DNA from: Deltaproteobacteria bacterium
GTDB taxonomy: Bacteria > Desulfobacterota > Deferrimicrobia > Deferrimicrobiales > Deferrimicrobiaceae
Length of the DNA stretch: 61,093 nt
Assembly: GCA_037441465.1 (NCBI GenBank)
Contig: JBBISC010000002.1
Span: forward strand, 1-61,093
Direction: 5' to 3'
The notes below the pieces were generated by a model. That model did no database searches. It was not told the origin of the DNA and was given only the letters and a program-made list of their open reading frames with translations. A program made the position numbers and the translations under genes. Positions 45,452 to 56,285 of the stretch are shown here, one piece after another. Numbering within the stretch: the first letter of the stretch is position 1; each line of letters opens with the position of its first letter.

Positions 45452-46531
45452 TCAGCGGGTGCGCCGCTTCAGGGGCGGGAAGTGACCGAATCCGGAAGGG
45501 AGCGCGGCGCCTTCCATCCACGAGCCGTCCGCTCGCCGAACGCGGATCCCCGCGGCCTTCGTCACCGCGCCGACCGGGGCCGCGCCCGAAGGGAAAGAAC
45601 GGGCCGCGCGCAGAAAACTCGCGCGCCGCGCGGGACGGACCGCCATCAGCAGTTCGTAATCCTCCCCGCCTCCGAGGAACGCGTCCAGCGGGTCGACCCC
45701 GAGGGCGGCCGACGCAGCGCGGAACGACCGGGAGACGGGAAACGACTCCTCGGCGAGGACGGCGCCGAGTCCGTCGGGTTCGAGGAGGTGCGAGAGGTCC
45801 GTGAGGATCCCGTCGCTCACGTCGATCATCGCCGCGACCGCGCCGGAACGCGCCGCCGCCCGCCCCTCGCGCCAGCGGGCCGTGGGGGCAAGGTGCGCCC
45901 GCATCGCCTCGCGGCGCCACCCGGACGGCCTCGATGGACGCCCGCCGCGCAGTAGGGCGAGCCCCAGCCTCGACCATCCCGGCGACCCGGTGACGTAGAG
46001 GAGATCCCCCGGCCGGGCGCCGGCGCGGGAGACGGGCTTGCCACGCCCCACGGCCCCGACGACCGTCAGGCAGAGGGTGAGCCGCTCGCCCCGGCAGGTG
46101 TCCCCGCCCATCAGGCGTATCCCGGAAAGCCTGGCGGCGATCGCCATGCCTCGGAAGATCGCGTCGACCGTCGCCACGGGAGTCCCCGGAGGCGCGGCCA
46201 ACGCGACCAGGTAGCAGACGGGATCGGCCCCCATCGCCGCCAGATCGGAGAGGTTGGCGGAGAGGGCCCGTTCCCCCACCTCTTCCGGGCGGAAGTAGCC
46301 GAGGGAGAAGTGCGTCCCCTCGATCAGCAGGTCGGTGGAGAGAACCGCGCGCCCGCCGGGAACGCGCACCACGGCGGCGTCGTCGCCGATGGGGAGTTCG
46401 CCCGGACGGGCAACGCCGCCATACTTTTGCCGGAGGAGCTCGATCAGACCGGATTCGCCCACGTCCCGCAGGAGATCGCCGCGGAGCGCGAGCCCGGTTC
46501 CGTGAGGTTTGCCCGTGTCGCTCCGCTTCAT
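45452..46531 (-). CDS. thiL: thiamine-monophosphate kinase
   Basis: Begins MKRSD, and contains [37 protein letters not shown] and [11 protein letters not shown]. The ATG overlaps the lon stop (ATGA). Confidence 0.85.
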   Translation of the reverse strand: MKRSDTGKPHGTGLALRGDLLRDVGESGLIELLRQKYGGVARPGELPIGDDAAVVRVPGGRAVLSTDLLIEGTHFSLGYFRPEEVGERALSANLSDLAAMGADPVCYLVALAAPPGTPVATVDAIFRGMAIAARLSGIRLMGGDTCRGERLTLCLTVVGAVGRGKPVSRAGARPGDLLYVTGSPGWSRLGLALLRGGRPSRPSGWRREAMRAHLAPTARWREGRAAARSGAVAAMIDVSDGILTDLSHLLEPDGLGAVLAEESFPVSRSFRAASAALGVDPLDAFLGGGEDYELLMAVRPARRASFLRAARSFPSGAAPVGAVTKAAGIRVRRADGSWMEGAALPSGFGHFPPLKRRTR

Positions 46532-49107
46532 CGCGGCCCTTTCGCGCGAAGCTTCCGTCTCGGCTTCCCCGAACCCTTCGCCGGCGCGCTCTTTCCCCGG
46601 CGGGGCTTCGTCTTTCTCTTTTCCCACAGGAACGGGTCCCTCGTCAGCGCGAGGGAGAGGACCTCGTCCATCGTCTTCACCAGGGTGAAGCGCACCTGCC
46701 GGGCCTCGTGCTTTGGGATCTCCTCGAGGTCTTTCCCGTTCCGGGCAGGGGCGATCACGTGGCTGATCCCGGCGCGAAGCGCCGCCAGCGCCTTCTCCTT
46801 CAGACCGCCGATCGGGAGGACGCGGCCGCGGAGGGTGATCTCGCCGGTCATCGCCACGTCCCGGCGGACGGGGATCCCGGTGAGCGAAGAGACAATGGCC
46901 GTCGCGATCGTGATCCCGGCGGAAGGACCGTCCTTCGGGATCCCTCCCGACGGGACATGGATGTGGATGTCGTGCTTCGCGTGGAAATTCCGCGGCAGCC
47001 CGAGCTTCGCCGCGCGCGAACGGACGTAGGTGATCGCCGCCTGGGCGCTCTCCTTCATCACGTCGCCGAGGTACCCGGTGATCGTCACGTTTCCCTTCCC
47101 GTCGACGAGGGACACCTCGACGAAGAGGATGTCTCCCCCCGTCGGCGTCCACGCAAGGCCCGTCGAGACGCCGACCTCGTCGGCCTCCCCCTCCGTTTCC
47201 GGAAGGTTCCGTGGCGCCCCGAGGTACTTCGCGAGGCTCTTCGGCGTGACGGCGAAGGGCCCCTTCTCTCCCTCGGCGATCTTCCGGGCCAGCTTCCGGC
47301 ACACCTGGCCGATCTCCCGCTCGAGGTTTCGCAGCCCCGCCTCCCGCGTGTATTCGTGGATGATGGCGAGGATCGCCTTGTCCCTCATCGTGATCTTTCC
47401 CCGCAGGATCCCGTTCTCCTCGAGTTGGCGCGGCAAAAGGTATTTCTTCGCGATCGCGAGCTTGTCGACGTCGGTGTATCCGGACAGGGGGATGATCTCC
47501 ATCCGGTCCTTGAGGGCCGGCGGGACGGGGTCGATCACGTTCCCCGTGGCGATGAACAGGACCTTCGACAGGTCGAACGGGACGTTCAGGTAATTGTCGC
47601 TGAACGCGAAGTTCTGCTCGGGGTCCAGCACCTCGAGCAGCGCCGCGGAAGGGTCTCCCCGGAAGTCGGCGCCCACCTTGTCGATCTCGTCCAGCATGAA
47701 GACCGGGTTGCGCGTCCCGGCCTGCTTCATTCCCTGGATGACACGACCGGGAAGCGCACCCACGTATGTCCGGCGGTGTCCGCGGATCTCCGCCTCGTCC
47801 CGGATACCGCCCAGGGACATGCGGATGAACTTCCGCCCCATCGCGCGGGCGATCGACTTCCCGAGGGACGTTTTCCCCACGCCCGGGGGACCGACGAAGC
47901 AGAGGATCGGACCCTTCATCTTGTCCTTCAGCTTGCGCACGGACAGGTATTCGAGGATCCGCTCCTTGACCTTTTCGAGGTCGTGGTGGTCCTCGTCGAG
48001 GATCTCCTTCGCCTTTCCGATGCGGATGTTGTCCTTGGTCTCCTTCTTCCAGGGGAGCTCCACCATCCAGTCGAGGTAGGTGCGCACCACGGACGACTCG
48101 GCCGAGTCGGGATGCATCCCCTCCAGGCGGCGGAGCTGCTTCTCCGCCTCCTTTTTCACCTCCTCGGGCATTCCGGCTGCCTCGATCTTTCCCTTCAGGT
48201 CGTCGACCTCCTCGGACTTCCCGTCGATGTCGCCCAGCTCCTGCTTGATCGCCTTCATCTGCTCCCGCAGGAAATACTCCCGCTGGCTCTTGGACATCTC
48301 CTCCTTCGCCTGGTTCTGGATCTTCGCCTGCATCTCCGCCAGCTGCAGCTCGCGGGAGAGGAGGTTGCTGACCAGGTTCAACCGCGCGACGGGGTCTTCC
48401 TCCTCGAGCACCGATTGCGCCTCCTCGATCTTCAGGCGCAGGTTCGACGCCACGAGGTCCGCGAGCACGCCGGGATTGTTGATGTTCTCGGTGACCATCA
48501 GGATCTCGACCGGCATGTTCTTGAGCGACAGGATCTTCTCGATCTTCTCCCGGGAAGCGCGCATCAGCGCCTCCACCTCGAGGGACCCCTCCTTCATCGG
48601 GGACTCGACGATCCGGTCGATCCGGACGCGCACCGCGGGCTTCGCCTCGATGAACTCGACGATCTTCCCCTTCACCACGCCCTGGATGAGGATCTTCAGC
48701 CGGCCGTCGGGGAGCTTCAGCATCCGCATGATCATCGCCACCGTGCCAGTGCGGTAGAGGTCCCCCTCCTTCGGGTCCTCCACGGACGGGTCCCTCTGCG
48801 TGGCGAGGAAGATGTACCGGTCCCGCGCCAGCGCCTCGTCCACCGCGGCGACGGAACCTTCCCTCCCCACGAACAGCGGCAGGGTCATGTACGGGAAGAT
48901 GACGATGTCGCGCACCGGCAGCAGAGGGAGCACCTCCGGGATCTCCGGCCCGCTCTCCTTCTCCTCCTCCGGGGAGGAGCTGCCCCCCTTCGGGGTTTCC
49001 GCGTCCGGCTTCGCTTCCTCCGCGGCCGGGCGGCTCCCTGAATCGATCCGTTCCGCGGGAGCGGCCGTCCCCTCCGGCGGATTCGTCTTCTTCGCCTCGT
49101 CGGTCAT
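46528..49107 (-). CDS. lon: ATP-dependent Lon protease
   Basis: 859 aa with a LON N-domain ([15 protein letters not shown]), an AAA+ domain (GPPGVGKTS) and a protease domain ([19 protein letters not shown]). Confidence 0.95.
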   Translation of the reverse strand: MTDEAKKTNPPEGTAAPAERIDSGSRPAAEEAKPDAETPKGGSSSPEEEKESGPEIPEVLPLLPVRDIVIFPYMTLPLFVGREGSVAAVDEALARDRYIFLATQRDPSVEDPKEGDLYRTGTVAMIMRMLKLPDGRLKILIQGVVKGKIVEFIEAKPAVRVRIDRIVESPMKEGSLEVEALMRASREKIEKILSLKNMPVEILMVTENINNPGVLADLVASNLRLKIEEAQSVLEEEDPVARLNLVSNLLSRELQLAEMQAKIQNQAKEEMSKSQREYFLREQMKAIKQELGDIDGKSEEVDDLKGKIEAAGMPEEVKKEAEKQLRRLEGMHPDSAESSVVRTYLDWMVELPWKKETKDNIRIGKAKEILDEDHHDLEKVKERILEYLSVRKLKDKMKGPILCFVGPPGVGKTSLGKSIARAMGRKFIRMSLGGIRDEAEIRGHRRTYVGALPGRVIQGMKQAGTRNPVFMLDEIDKVGADFRGDPSAALLEVLDPEQNFAFSDNYLNVPFDLSKVLFIATGNVIDPVPPALKDRMEIIPLSGYTDVDKLAIAKKYLLPRQLEENGILRGKITMRDKAILAIIHEYTREAGLRNLEREIGQVCRKLARKIAEGEKGPFAVTPKSLAKYLGAPRNLPETEGEADEVGVSTGLAWTPTGGDILFVEVSLVDGKGNVTITGYLGDVMKESAQAAITYVRSRAAKLGLPRNFHAKHDIHIHVPSGGIPKDGPSAGITIATAIVSSLTGIPVRRDVAMTGEITLRGRVLPIGGLKEKALAALRAGISHVIAPARNGKDLEEIPKHEARQVRFTLVKTMDEVLSLALTRDPFLWEKRKTKPRRGKSAPAKGSGKPRRKLRAKGPR

Positions 49108-49135
49108 GTCGTCGTTCCCCCTTCCGTCCTTCCCT

Positions 49136-49591
49136 TCATCCGATCTCCACCGGGATCCGGCGCTCCCGACCGCGCCGGTCCGCGATCTTCGGGATCGTGA
49201 TCACGAGAATCCCGTTCGCCATCCGCGCCGATACCTCCCCGAGGTTCACCGAACCCCTCACTTCGAAAGACCGCTGGAACTTCCCGAAGATCCGTTCCAG
49301 ACAGAGGAAGGAGGTCTCCCCCGCGGGGAAATCCTGGGTCTTCTCCCCGGTGATCTCGATCCGGTTCCCCAGCACCCGGACCTGCACGGACGCGGCCGGG
49401 ACCCCGGGGATCTCCAGCAGGACCCGGACTGCGTCGTCCACCTCCACGACGTCGGAGAGTGGCTGGCAAGCGGATTCCACCGGGAGGTCGAGCAGCAGGA
49501 CGTGCCCGGTCAGGCGGGCCGCCGCACCCTCCTCCCGGACCCCCCCCGAAGACTTTTGCCGCGTGCGGGGAACCCCGATCTTTCGGCTCAC
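49136..49591 (-). CDS. Hsp20/alpha-crystallin small heat-shock protein
   Basis: The GTG at 49591 follows GAAGGAGAT and overlaps the galU stop (GTGA). It contains [30 protein letters not shown]...FQRSFEV...[14 protein letters not shown]. Confidence 0.8.
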   Translation of the reverse strand: MSRKIGVPRTRQKSSGGVREEGAAARLTGHVLLLDLPVESACQPLSDVVEVDDAVRVLLEIPGVPAASVQVRVLGNRIEITGEKTQDFPAGETSFLCLERIFGKFQRSFEVRGSVNLGEVSARMANGILVITIPKIADRRGRERRIPVEIG

Positions 49592-50454
49592 GTCAATATC
49601 TCCTTCTTCAGAAATGCCCGCAGCCCCGGGCCGAGTTCCGGGTCTTTCAGCGCGAAGGCGACGTTCGCCATCTGGAAACCGAGCTTCGTCCCCGCGTCGT
49701 ACCGGACCCCCTTGAACTCGTACCCGATGACCCGCTCCGTCCCGATGAGGGACCGGATGGCGTCGGTCAACTGGATCTCGCCCCCCGCCCCGGGCTTCGT
49801 CGCCAGGAGAGCCGGAAAGATCGACGGGGGGAGGAGATACCGGCCGATGATCGCCAGGTCCGACGGCGCATCCACGGGTTTCGGCTTCTCCACCATGTCC
49901 TCCACATCGTACACCCGGTTCGCGATCCGCTTCCCCCGGATGATCCCGTACCGGGAGACCGCTTCCTTCGGGACGCGCTGGATCGCGAGGACCGCGCCGG
50001 CGCTGTGCTTCTCGTACGCCTCTATCATCTGCCTCAGCACGGGGACCTCGGCGTCGATAACGTCGTCCGAGAGGATGACGGCGAACGGCTCCTGGCCGAT
50101 CAGGTCCATCGACCGGAGCACCGCGTGGCCCAGTCCCAGCGGGAGGTTCTGGCGGACGTAGAAGAAGTCGGCCCCGTCGGTGACGCAGCGAACGGAGGCG
50201 AGGAGGGCGCCGTCCCCCTTCTTCTTCAGCATGGCCTCCAGTTCGAAGGAGACGTCGAAGTGGTCCTCGATGGCGTTCTTTCCGCGGCCGGTCACGATGA
50301 TCATGTCCCGCACCCCGGCGGCCTTCGCCTCCTCGACCCCGTGCTGGATGAGGGGCTTGTCCACCAGGGGAAGCATCTCCTTGGGAGAGGCTTTCGTCGC
50401 AGGCAAAAACCGCGTCCCGAACCCCGCCGCGGGGAACACCGCTTTCCGTATCAT
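49588..50454 (-). CDS. galU: UTP--glucose-1-phosphate uridylyltransferase
   Basis: Begins MIRKAVFPAAGFGTRFLPATKASPKEMLPLVDKPLIQ, and contains VEKP and GGEIQLTDAI. A CAAGGAGGAAAAGGG RBS is present. Confidence 0.92.
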   Translation of the reverse strand: MIRKAVFPAAGFGTRFLPATKASPKEMLPLVDKPLIQHGVEEAKAAGVRDMIIVTGRGKNAIEDHFDVSFELEAMLKKKGDGALLASVRCVTDGADFFYVRQNLPLGLGHAVLRSMDLIGQEPFAVILSDDVIDAEVPVLRQMIEAYEKHSAGAVLAIQRVPKEAVSRYGIIRGKRIANRVYDVEDMVEKPKPVDAPSDLAIIGRYLLPPSIFPALLATKPGAGGEIQLTDAIRSLIGTERVIGYEFKGVRYDAGTKLGFQMANVAFALKDPELGPGLRAFLKKEILT

Positions 50455-52463
50455 CCCTTTTCCTCCTTGTTCTTCGTTCCGTGGAACCGGCGGAAGAACG
50501 CCGCCACATCGGCCCGATCGGTAGTCCACCGCGCCGGGGGAAGGTTGGCCCGGAAGAGCTCGCCGTACCCCCGGGTAGAGACCCTGCGGTCGAGCAGCGC
50601 CACCACGCCGTAATCGTCCCCGCGGCGGAGAAGCCTCCCGACGCCCTGCCGCAGCGAAAGGACCGCTTCGGGGAGCTGGTACTCCATGAACGGGTCCGCC
50701 CCCCGGTCGCGCAGGACCCGGATGCGGGCCGAGGTCACGGGGTCGGACGGGGAGGCGAACGGCAGCTTGTCGATGACGACGCACCGCAGGGAGGCGCCCG
50801 GAACGTCGACCCCCTCCCAGAACGTCCCCGTCCCGATCAGCACCGTGTCCTCTCCCTCCCGGAACGCCCGCAGGAGGTGCCCCCGCGGGGCGTCCCCCTG
50901 GACGTACAGGGTGTGCGGCAGCGTCCCCCGCAGCGCCTCCGTCAGCGCAGAGAGCGTCCGGTAACTCGTGCACAGGACCAACGCGCCGCCGCCGGAGCAC
51001 GACAGGACCTCCCGCGTCTCCTCCGCCGCCGCGGCCGGAAACGCGGAGTCCGACGGCTCGGGAAGCCCCTGCGGGACGTAGAAGAGCGCCCGCTCCGCGA
51101 AGTCGAACTCATTATCCACGATGAGTTCCCGGGCATCAACCCGCGCGAGACCCACCCGCTCCCGGAAATACGACAGGTCGCCCGAGACGGAGAGGGTCGC
51201 CGAGGTGAGCAGGAACGGGATCGGCTCCCCCCACAGCGCCCCGGAAAGGACCGGGGAGACCTCGACCGGCGTCCGATGGAGGGAGACGGACGCGCCGCGC
51301 CGCTCCGCCCACGCCACGGCGGAGGCTGAATTGGAGGAGAGGACCGAGCCGAGATCGTCGAGAAAGGAGCGGACCCGCCGGAGCAGGGGCTCCCGGTCCG
51401 TCCCCGGGTCCGGGCCACTCTCCCCGCGGGGAGCGCCGTCCGAGAGCGACAGGGCGAGTTCCTCTCCCGCGCGGAGCAGGGCCGACGCCTTCCGCCCGAA
51501 CGAGGTATCGGCGGAGGGCGCAGGCAGCGCGAAACGGGCTTCCCCGTCCCCCACCGCGTCGAAGGCGGATTCGGCGACGAGTCGGAACCGCTCGGCCATC
51601 GGAAGGATGGCGTCCCACCCGCCGCGCGCCTTCGCGGCGGAACGCTTGACGTCCCGCGCAAGCTCCCGTGCGCGGCCGAGAGAGACGGTCACGCCGAAGA
51701 AGACGGAGGCGGTCTCCTCGATCCCGTGCGCCTCGTCGAACACCACGGCGTCGGCGCGGGGAATCACCTCCCCGAATCGTCCCTCCTCGCCCCCTCGGCT
51801 TGGGCCGAGCCGCCCGCGCAGCGCGAGATCCGCGAAGAACAGGTGGTGGTTCACCACGACGAGATCGGCGTCCGCCGCCCGCCGCCGGGCCGCCGCGAGA
51901 TGGCACCGCTCGGTCTCCCCGCACGTCGACGAGTCGCACATCTCGCTGCGGGCGTTCACCTCCCCCCAGACGCGCGCGTCCTCGGGTACCCCGGCGCACT
52001 CGGATACGTCCCCCGTCCGGGTCGCCTCCGCGAACGCCTGCATCGCGGAGAAGTAGCCGGTTTCCCGGGCGAACTCGAAGAGCGGCTCGGCGCGGAACCG
52101 CTTCCAGCGGCGCAGGCAGAGGTAGTTGCCGCGTCCTTTGAGGACGGCGCACGAGAAAGGGTACTGGAGGATGTCCCGCACCAGGGGGACGTCGTTTTCC
52201 ATCAGCTGCTGCTGGAGGGTGCGGGTGCCGGTGGAGACGATCGTCTTCCGGCCGGAGAGGACCGCGGGGACGAGGTAGGCGAGCGTCTTGCCGATCCCGG
52301 TGGCCGCCTCGGCGACCAGCACGCGGGGCGTTTCGAGCGCCTCCGCCCACGCGAGCGCCATCCGGAGCTGCCCCGGCCGCGGCTCGAACCCCGGCATCGC
52401 CCGTGCGATCGGACCGTCGGGGGAGAGCGACATTCCCACTTTCCTGGCGAGATCTCCTGGCAC
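50451..52463 (-). CDS. dinG: DinG/XPD-family ATP-dependent DNA helicase (Fe-S type)
   Basis: Contains AATGIGKTLAYLVP, Cys-rich CDSSTCGETERCH, VVNHHL, and a helicase C_2 tail (GTGTFWEGVDVPG...VIDKLPF). The start could be the ATG at 52433. Confidence 0.85.
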   Translation of the reverse strand: MPGDLARKVGMSLSPDGPIARAMPGFEPRPGQLRMALAWAEALETPRVLVAEAATGIGKTLAYLVPAVLSGRKTIVSTGTRTLQQQLMENDVPLVRDILQYPFSCAVLKGRGNYLCLRRWKRFRAEPLFEFARETGYFSAMQAFAEATRTGDVSECAGVPEDARVWGEVNARSEMCDSSTCGETERCHLAAARRRAADADLVVVNHHLFFADLALRGRLGPSRGGEEGRFGEVIPRADAVVFDEAHGIEETASVFFGVTVSLGRARELARDVKRSAAKARGGWDAILPMAERFRLVAESAFDAVGDGEARFALPAPSADTSFGRKASALLRAGEELALSLSDGAPRGESGPDPGTDREPLLRRVRSFLDDLGSVLSSNSASAVAWAERRGASVSLHRTPVEVSPVLSGALWGEPIPFLLTSATLSVSGDLSYFRERVGLARVDARELIVDNEFDFAERALFYVPQGLPEPSDSAFPAAAAEETREVLSCSGGGALVLCTSYRTLSALTEALRGTLPHTLYVQGDAPRGHLLRAFREGEDTVLIGTGTFWEGVDVPGASLRCVVIDKLPFASPSDPVTSARIRVLRDRGADPFMEYQLPEAVLSLRQGVGRLLRRGDDYGVVALLDRRVSTRGYGELFRANLPPARWTTDRADVAAFFRRFHGTKNKEEKG

Positions 52464-52468
52464 GAGCT

Positions 52469-54415
52469 TTACGGGGTCGGGACGGGGACGAAGTTCCCCA
52501 GCTCGACCTGCAGAAGGGGGACTTTCCGGCGCAGATCACCCGCGGGGGTGAACTGGAACGTTCCCGTCACGCCGAAATAATTTTTCAGGCGGGGGATCTT
52601 TTCCCGCATCGCTTCCCCGAGGGAGCGTCCGGAATCGCTCTCGAGCGAAAACGCCTCGGAGAGAAAAAAGGCGCCGTCGTACCCCATCGCCTCGAACCGG
52701 GTGGGCGGAAGACGCATCACCTCCTGGAACGCCCTCCGGAATCGGTCGCCCTGGGATCCCGGGATCACGTCGGAGTAGTCCACCGGGAAGACCGCTCCGG
52801 AAACGGAACTGGCCGCCTTCTGCAGCAGTTCGGCGTCGTTCCAGCCGGAGAACCCGGCCAGCGGGAGATACACGTTGTAGTACCGCAGCTGGGACGCAAG
52901 GAGGAAAACCCGGTCCCACCGGTCCGCGATGATGATCCCCCCCAGCGGGAGCCTCATCGCCTTCCCCTTTTCCTTCGATCGCGACTGGCGCTCGAAGGTC
53001 GCGTTGCCGACCGCCCTCTTGATCGCGTCCGTGAAGTCCTGCACCTCCGGGGAATACGAAACGGTCTTCGCGATCCGGACTCCCGCCTGCCCGGCGGCCG
53101 CGGCGGCCGCGGCGGCGAATCCGTTCCCGTAGCCGTTCTCAGGGTGGAACAGGAGCAGGTCGGAAATCCCCGCGCGCGCCAGGTAGGCGAGAAGAGCCCG
53201 CGCCTCCTGCGCCGGAGAGAGTCCGAACGCGTAGAGGAACGGCTTTTCGAGGATCGGCTTCTGGCCGAGGTACAGCGTGGGCGGCGATTTCTGCGTGAAC
53301 GCCACGCCGACCGACCGACCCTCCTCCCCGGTTACCGGACCGAGGATGCCGAGCACCATCCGGTCGGCCGCGGCGGCAACGAATTCCCTCCGCGCCTTCT
53401 CCGGCTGCCCCGCCGTGTCCACCCACCGGAGGACCGGCGTCGCGCCGTTCCGCTCGAACCCGTGGGGTGCGCCGAGGGCCACTTCCGCCCCGGTGAGGAT
53501 AGCGTACCCGATGTCGGAGAGCTTGCCCGAGAGGGGCACGAGGCCGACGATCCTGGGCCGCGCGGCGATGATCTTCTCCGCCAGGAACAGGCGCTCCGCG
53601 GCTTCCCGGGACCATCTCCCACCGGCCAGCGCCGACCTCTCGAACGCGTGGGCCGCCATTCCGAGAAATCCCTTCCTGATCGCCGCGCTACCCATCGCGA
53701 GATACAGGTGACCGCGGACCTCCGCATCCTCCTCCTCCTCGGCCGCCCGCCGGAGCGCGGAGAGGTCCGTTGCTCCGTCGATGAGCGATTCCCGCTCGGC
53801 CGACAGCCGCGTAGATGTCTGCGGATCCGCGGCGGCTACGGCGCGGCGGTACAGGGCAAGCGCGCTGCCCAGCTTCCCCGCCCCGGCATCCGCTCGCGCC
53901 ATCAGGACCAGGAGCGCTGTAGGGTCCTCGCCCACGAACTTCCGGTCGAGGAGGTACGCCGCCATCTGTCGAGCTTCGTTGTTCCACTTCATCCGCTGGT
54001 AGATCCGCAGCTTGAGGTCGATGGCCGAGAGGGAGAGGTACGGTGCGCGGGAGAGGAGCACCGCCTTGTCCGCCGCCTCCAGCGCCTTGTCGAGATCCCC
54101 GCGGACCAGCAGCAGTTCCCCGACGCGCCACCAGATGAACCCCTTCCGCTCGTCGTCCGGGGTGGAGTACGCGAGGTCGAGGAACCGGGAGAGGGCCTCG
54201 ACGCTCTTCCCCGCGACGTACTCGCCCTCGGCCTGAAGGAAGGGGACGATCGGCGCCGTCCGCAAGGACCCGCGGGTCCCCGGACGAGGAACGGGGATCG
54301 CGTCGACCCCGCTGAGCAGCGGCCGGGGAGTCTCGGCGGCCCCGGCCGAAACCGGAGGAACGGTGAGCAGGAAGGCGAACAGGCAGGCGACGAGGAGAGT
54401 TAAGCGAACCGGCAT
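52469..54415 (-). CDS. secreted TPR plus periplasmic-binding (type I, LivJ/LpoA-like) domain protein
   Basis: It has a signal peptide (MPVRLTLLVACLFAFLLTVPPVSAGAAE), an N-terminal TPR-like region, and a C-terminal PBP fold (IVGLVPLSGKLSDIGYAILTGAEVAL...). Confidence 0.65.
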   Translation of the reverse strand: MPVRLTLLVACLFAFLLTVPPVSAGAAETPRPLLSGVDAIPVPRPGTRGSLRTAPIVPFLQAEGEYVAGKSVEALSRFLDLAYSTPDDERKGFIWWRVGELLLVRGDLDKALEAADKAVLLSRAPYLSLSAIDLKLRIYQRMKWNNEARQMAAYLLDRKFVGEDPTALLVLMARADAGAGKLGSALALYRRAVAAADPQTSTRLSAERESLIDGATDLSALRRAAEEEEDAEVRGHLYLAMGSAAIRKGFLGMAAHAFERSALAGGRWSREAAERLFLAEKIIAARPRIVGLVPLSGKLSDIGYAILTGAEVALGAPHGFERNGATPVLRWVDTAGQPEKARREFVAAAADRMVLGILGPVTGEEGRSVGVAFTQKSPPTLYLGQKPILEKPFLYAFGLSPAQEARALLAYLARAGISDLLLFHPENGYGNGFAAAAAAAAGQAGVRIAKTVSYSPEVQDFTDAIKRAVGNATFERQSRSKEKGKAMRLPLGGIIIADRWDRVFLLASQLRYYNVYLPLAGFSGWNDAELLQKAASSVSGAVFPVDYSDVIPGSQGDRFRRAFQEVMRLPPTRFEAMGYDGAFFLSEAFSLESDSGRSLGEAMREKIPRLKNYFGVTGTFQFTPAGDLRRKVPLLQVELGNFVPVPTP

Positions 54416-54546
54416 CCCACTCCCGTACGGATTGCGCCCCCTGGGGTATCCCCGGCTCGGCATGAGGGACACCCCGAAGCCGGAGCGGAAGCGCTCGAAT
54501 GCCAGGGCAATTGCGAGACGCCGCACAAGAATCCGCCGGAGGCGGG

Positions 54547-55656
54547 TCACCCGAAGATCTCCTTCACCTTCTCGAAGAAACTTCGGGAGATGGGACCCGG
54601 GGACTCCTCGGATAATTCCTGGTACTCCGCGAGGATCTCTTTCTGGCGCTTCGTGAGTTTCCTTGGGACCTCGATCAAAACGCGGATCACGAGGTTCCCC
54701 CGCCGGCCGGAGTCGAGGGCGGCGACCCCCTCCCCCCTCATCACGAAGTCGTGGCCGGACGGCGTGCCGGGCGGGATGGAGAGATTTTTCTTCCCGGAAA
54801 GGGTGGGCACCTCGATCATCGCGCCCAGGGCCGCCTGCGGAAAGGTGATCGGCACCTCGCAGAAAAGGTTGGCCCCTTCCCGGACGAAGAACGGGTGCCC
54901 CTTCACGGTGAGGACCACGTACAGGTCGCCGCCGGCCCCGCCCGCGGGCCCGGCCTCCCCCTCGCCGCGAAGCTTCAGGCGCGTGCCGCTGTCGACGCCG
55001 GGGGGGATCTTCACATTGAGCGTGCGGCTTTCCCGGACTTGGCCGGTGCCGGCACAGCTTCCGCACGGGTCCCTGATGACCTGGCCCGTCCCCCCGCAGC
55101 GGCCGCATGTGCGGCGGATCGCGAAGAACCCCTGCTGCATCGTGATATGGCCCTGCCCGTTGCAGGCGCCGCACCGCTCCGGACGGGTCCCCCTCCTCGC
55201 GCCCGTTCCCGAGCAGTCGCGGCACACACCCGTCCGGGGGACGACGATCTCCTTCTCGGCGCCGAAGACCGCCTCCTCGAAGGTGACCGTCAGGTTGTAC
55301 CGGAGGTCCGCGCCGCGGCGGGAGCGGCCGCCTCCTCCGCCCCCCCCGAACATCCCGCCGAAGAAATCGTTGATGATGTCCTCGACTCCGAACCCCGAAA
55401 AATCTCCGAAGCCGCCGAACCCCTGACCTGTGGGACCCGCGTGGCCGAAGCGGTCGTACTGCTGCCGCTTCTCCGGGTCGGAGAGGACCGAGTACGCCTC
55501 GTTGATCTCCTTGAAACGATCCTCCGCGGACTTGTCGCCGGGGTTCCGGTCGGGGTGGTACTGGAGGGCGAGCTGGCGGAACGCCTTCTTGAGGTCTTCG
55601 GCGCCGCTCTCCCGGGAGACGCCGAGGACCTCGTAGTAGTCGCTCTTCGACGCCAC
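54547..55656 (-). CDS. dnaJ: molecular chaperone DnaJ
   Basis: It has a J domain (DYYEVLGVSRESGAEDLKKAFRQLALQYHPDRN), a G/F region and four CxxCxGxG repeats. Confidence 0.95.
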   Translation of the reverse strand: MASKSDYYEVLGVSRESGAEDLKKAFRQLALQYHPDRNPGDKSAEDRFKEINEAYSVLSDPEKRQQYDRFGHAGPTGQGFGGFGDFSGFGVEDIINDFFGGMFGGGGGGGRSRRGADLRYNLTVTFEEAVFGAEKEIVVPRTGVCRDCSGTGARRGTRPERCGACNGQGHITMQQGFFAIRRTCGRCGGTGQVIRDPCGSCAGTGQVRESRTLNVKIPPGVDSGTRLKLRGEGEAGPAGGAGGDLYVVLTVKGHPFFVREGANLFCEVPITFPQAALGAMIEVPTLSGKKNLSIPPGTPSGHDFVMRGEGVAALDSGRRGNLVIRVLIEVPRKLTKRQKEILAEYQELSEESPGPISRSFFEKVKEIFG

Positions 55657-55657
55657 C

Positions 55658-56233
55658 CTACTCCCCCGATCCGGAGGGAGCGTCCCCTCCGCCGCCCTCC
55701 TTCGGTGCGGCGGCCACCGTCACCTGGGCGGGGCGCAGCAGGCGCCCGTGGAGAAGGTACCCCTTGCGCGTTTCGGCGAGGATGGCCCCCCCGGGCTTAC
55801 CCGGGGAAGGCACGCTCGCGATCGCCTCGTGCAGGGACGGGTCGAACGTCCCGCTTTGGGCGGGGAGCTGCTCAAGGCCGAATTTGCGCAATTCCAAGAG
55901 GAACTGGTCGTACGTCATCCGGACGCCGGAGATGAGGGCATCGGCGGATGCCCCCGCCTGGCCCATCGCCCGCTCGAGGTTGTCAAGGAACGGCAGGACG
56001 ACGCACAGCAGCCGTTCGTTCCCGAAGGCCGCCTGCGCCTCCCGCTCCCGCGCGACGCGCTTCCGGAAATTTTCGAATTCCGCGGCAAGGTACGCCAGCT
56101 GTTCCTTCAACTTCGCCGCATCGGCCGTTTCCGCGGATTCCCCGCCGCTCGCCGGGCCCTCTTCGACATCCTCCCCCGTCGGGACCTTCGCCATGGTTTC
56201 CGCCGGCTGCAATTCATTCTCTCTGTCTTCCAT
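55658..56233 (-). CDS. grpE: nucleotide exchange factor GrpE
   Basis: Contains LAAEFENFRKRVARE, FDPSLHEAI and GYLLHGRLLRPAQV. Confidence 0.92.
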   Translation of the reverse strand: MEDRENELQPAETMAKVPTGEDVEEGPASGGESAETADAAKLKEQLAYLAAEFENFRKRVAREREAQAAFGNERLLCVVLPFLDNLERAMGQAGASADALISGVRMTYDQFLLELRKFGLEQLPAQSGTFDPSLHEAIASVPSPGKPGGAILAETRKGYLLHGRLLRPAQVTVAAAPKEGGGGDAPSGSGE

Positions 56234-56285
56234 CCCTTTCCTCTCCTGGTGAAATTGTACGGGAAATCCTGGCGGACTTATGACG

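Noticed and set aside
54516-54546. Intrinsic terminator after dnaJ (CCGCC-TCC-GGCGG followed by ATTCTTGTG)
   Set aside because: The stem is only 5 bp and the U-tract is weak and interrupted, so it is not convincing enough to list as a feature.
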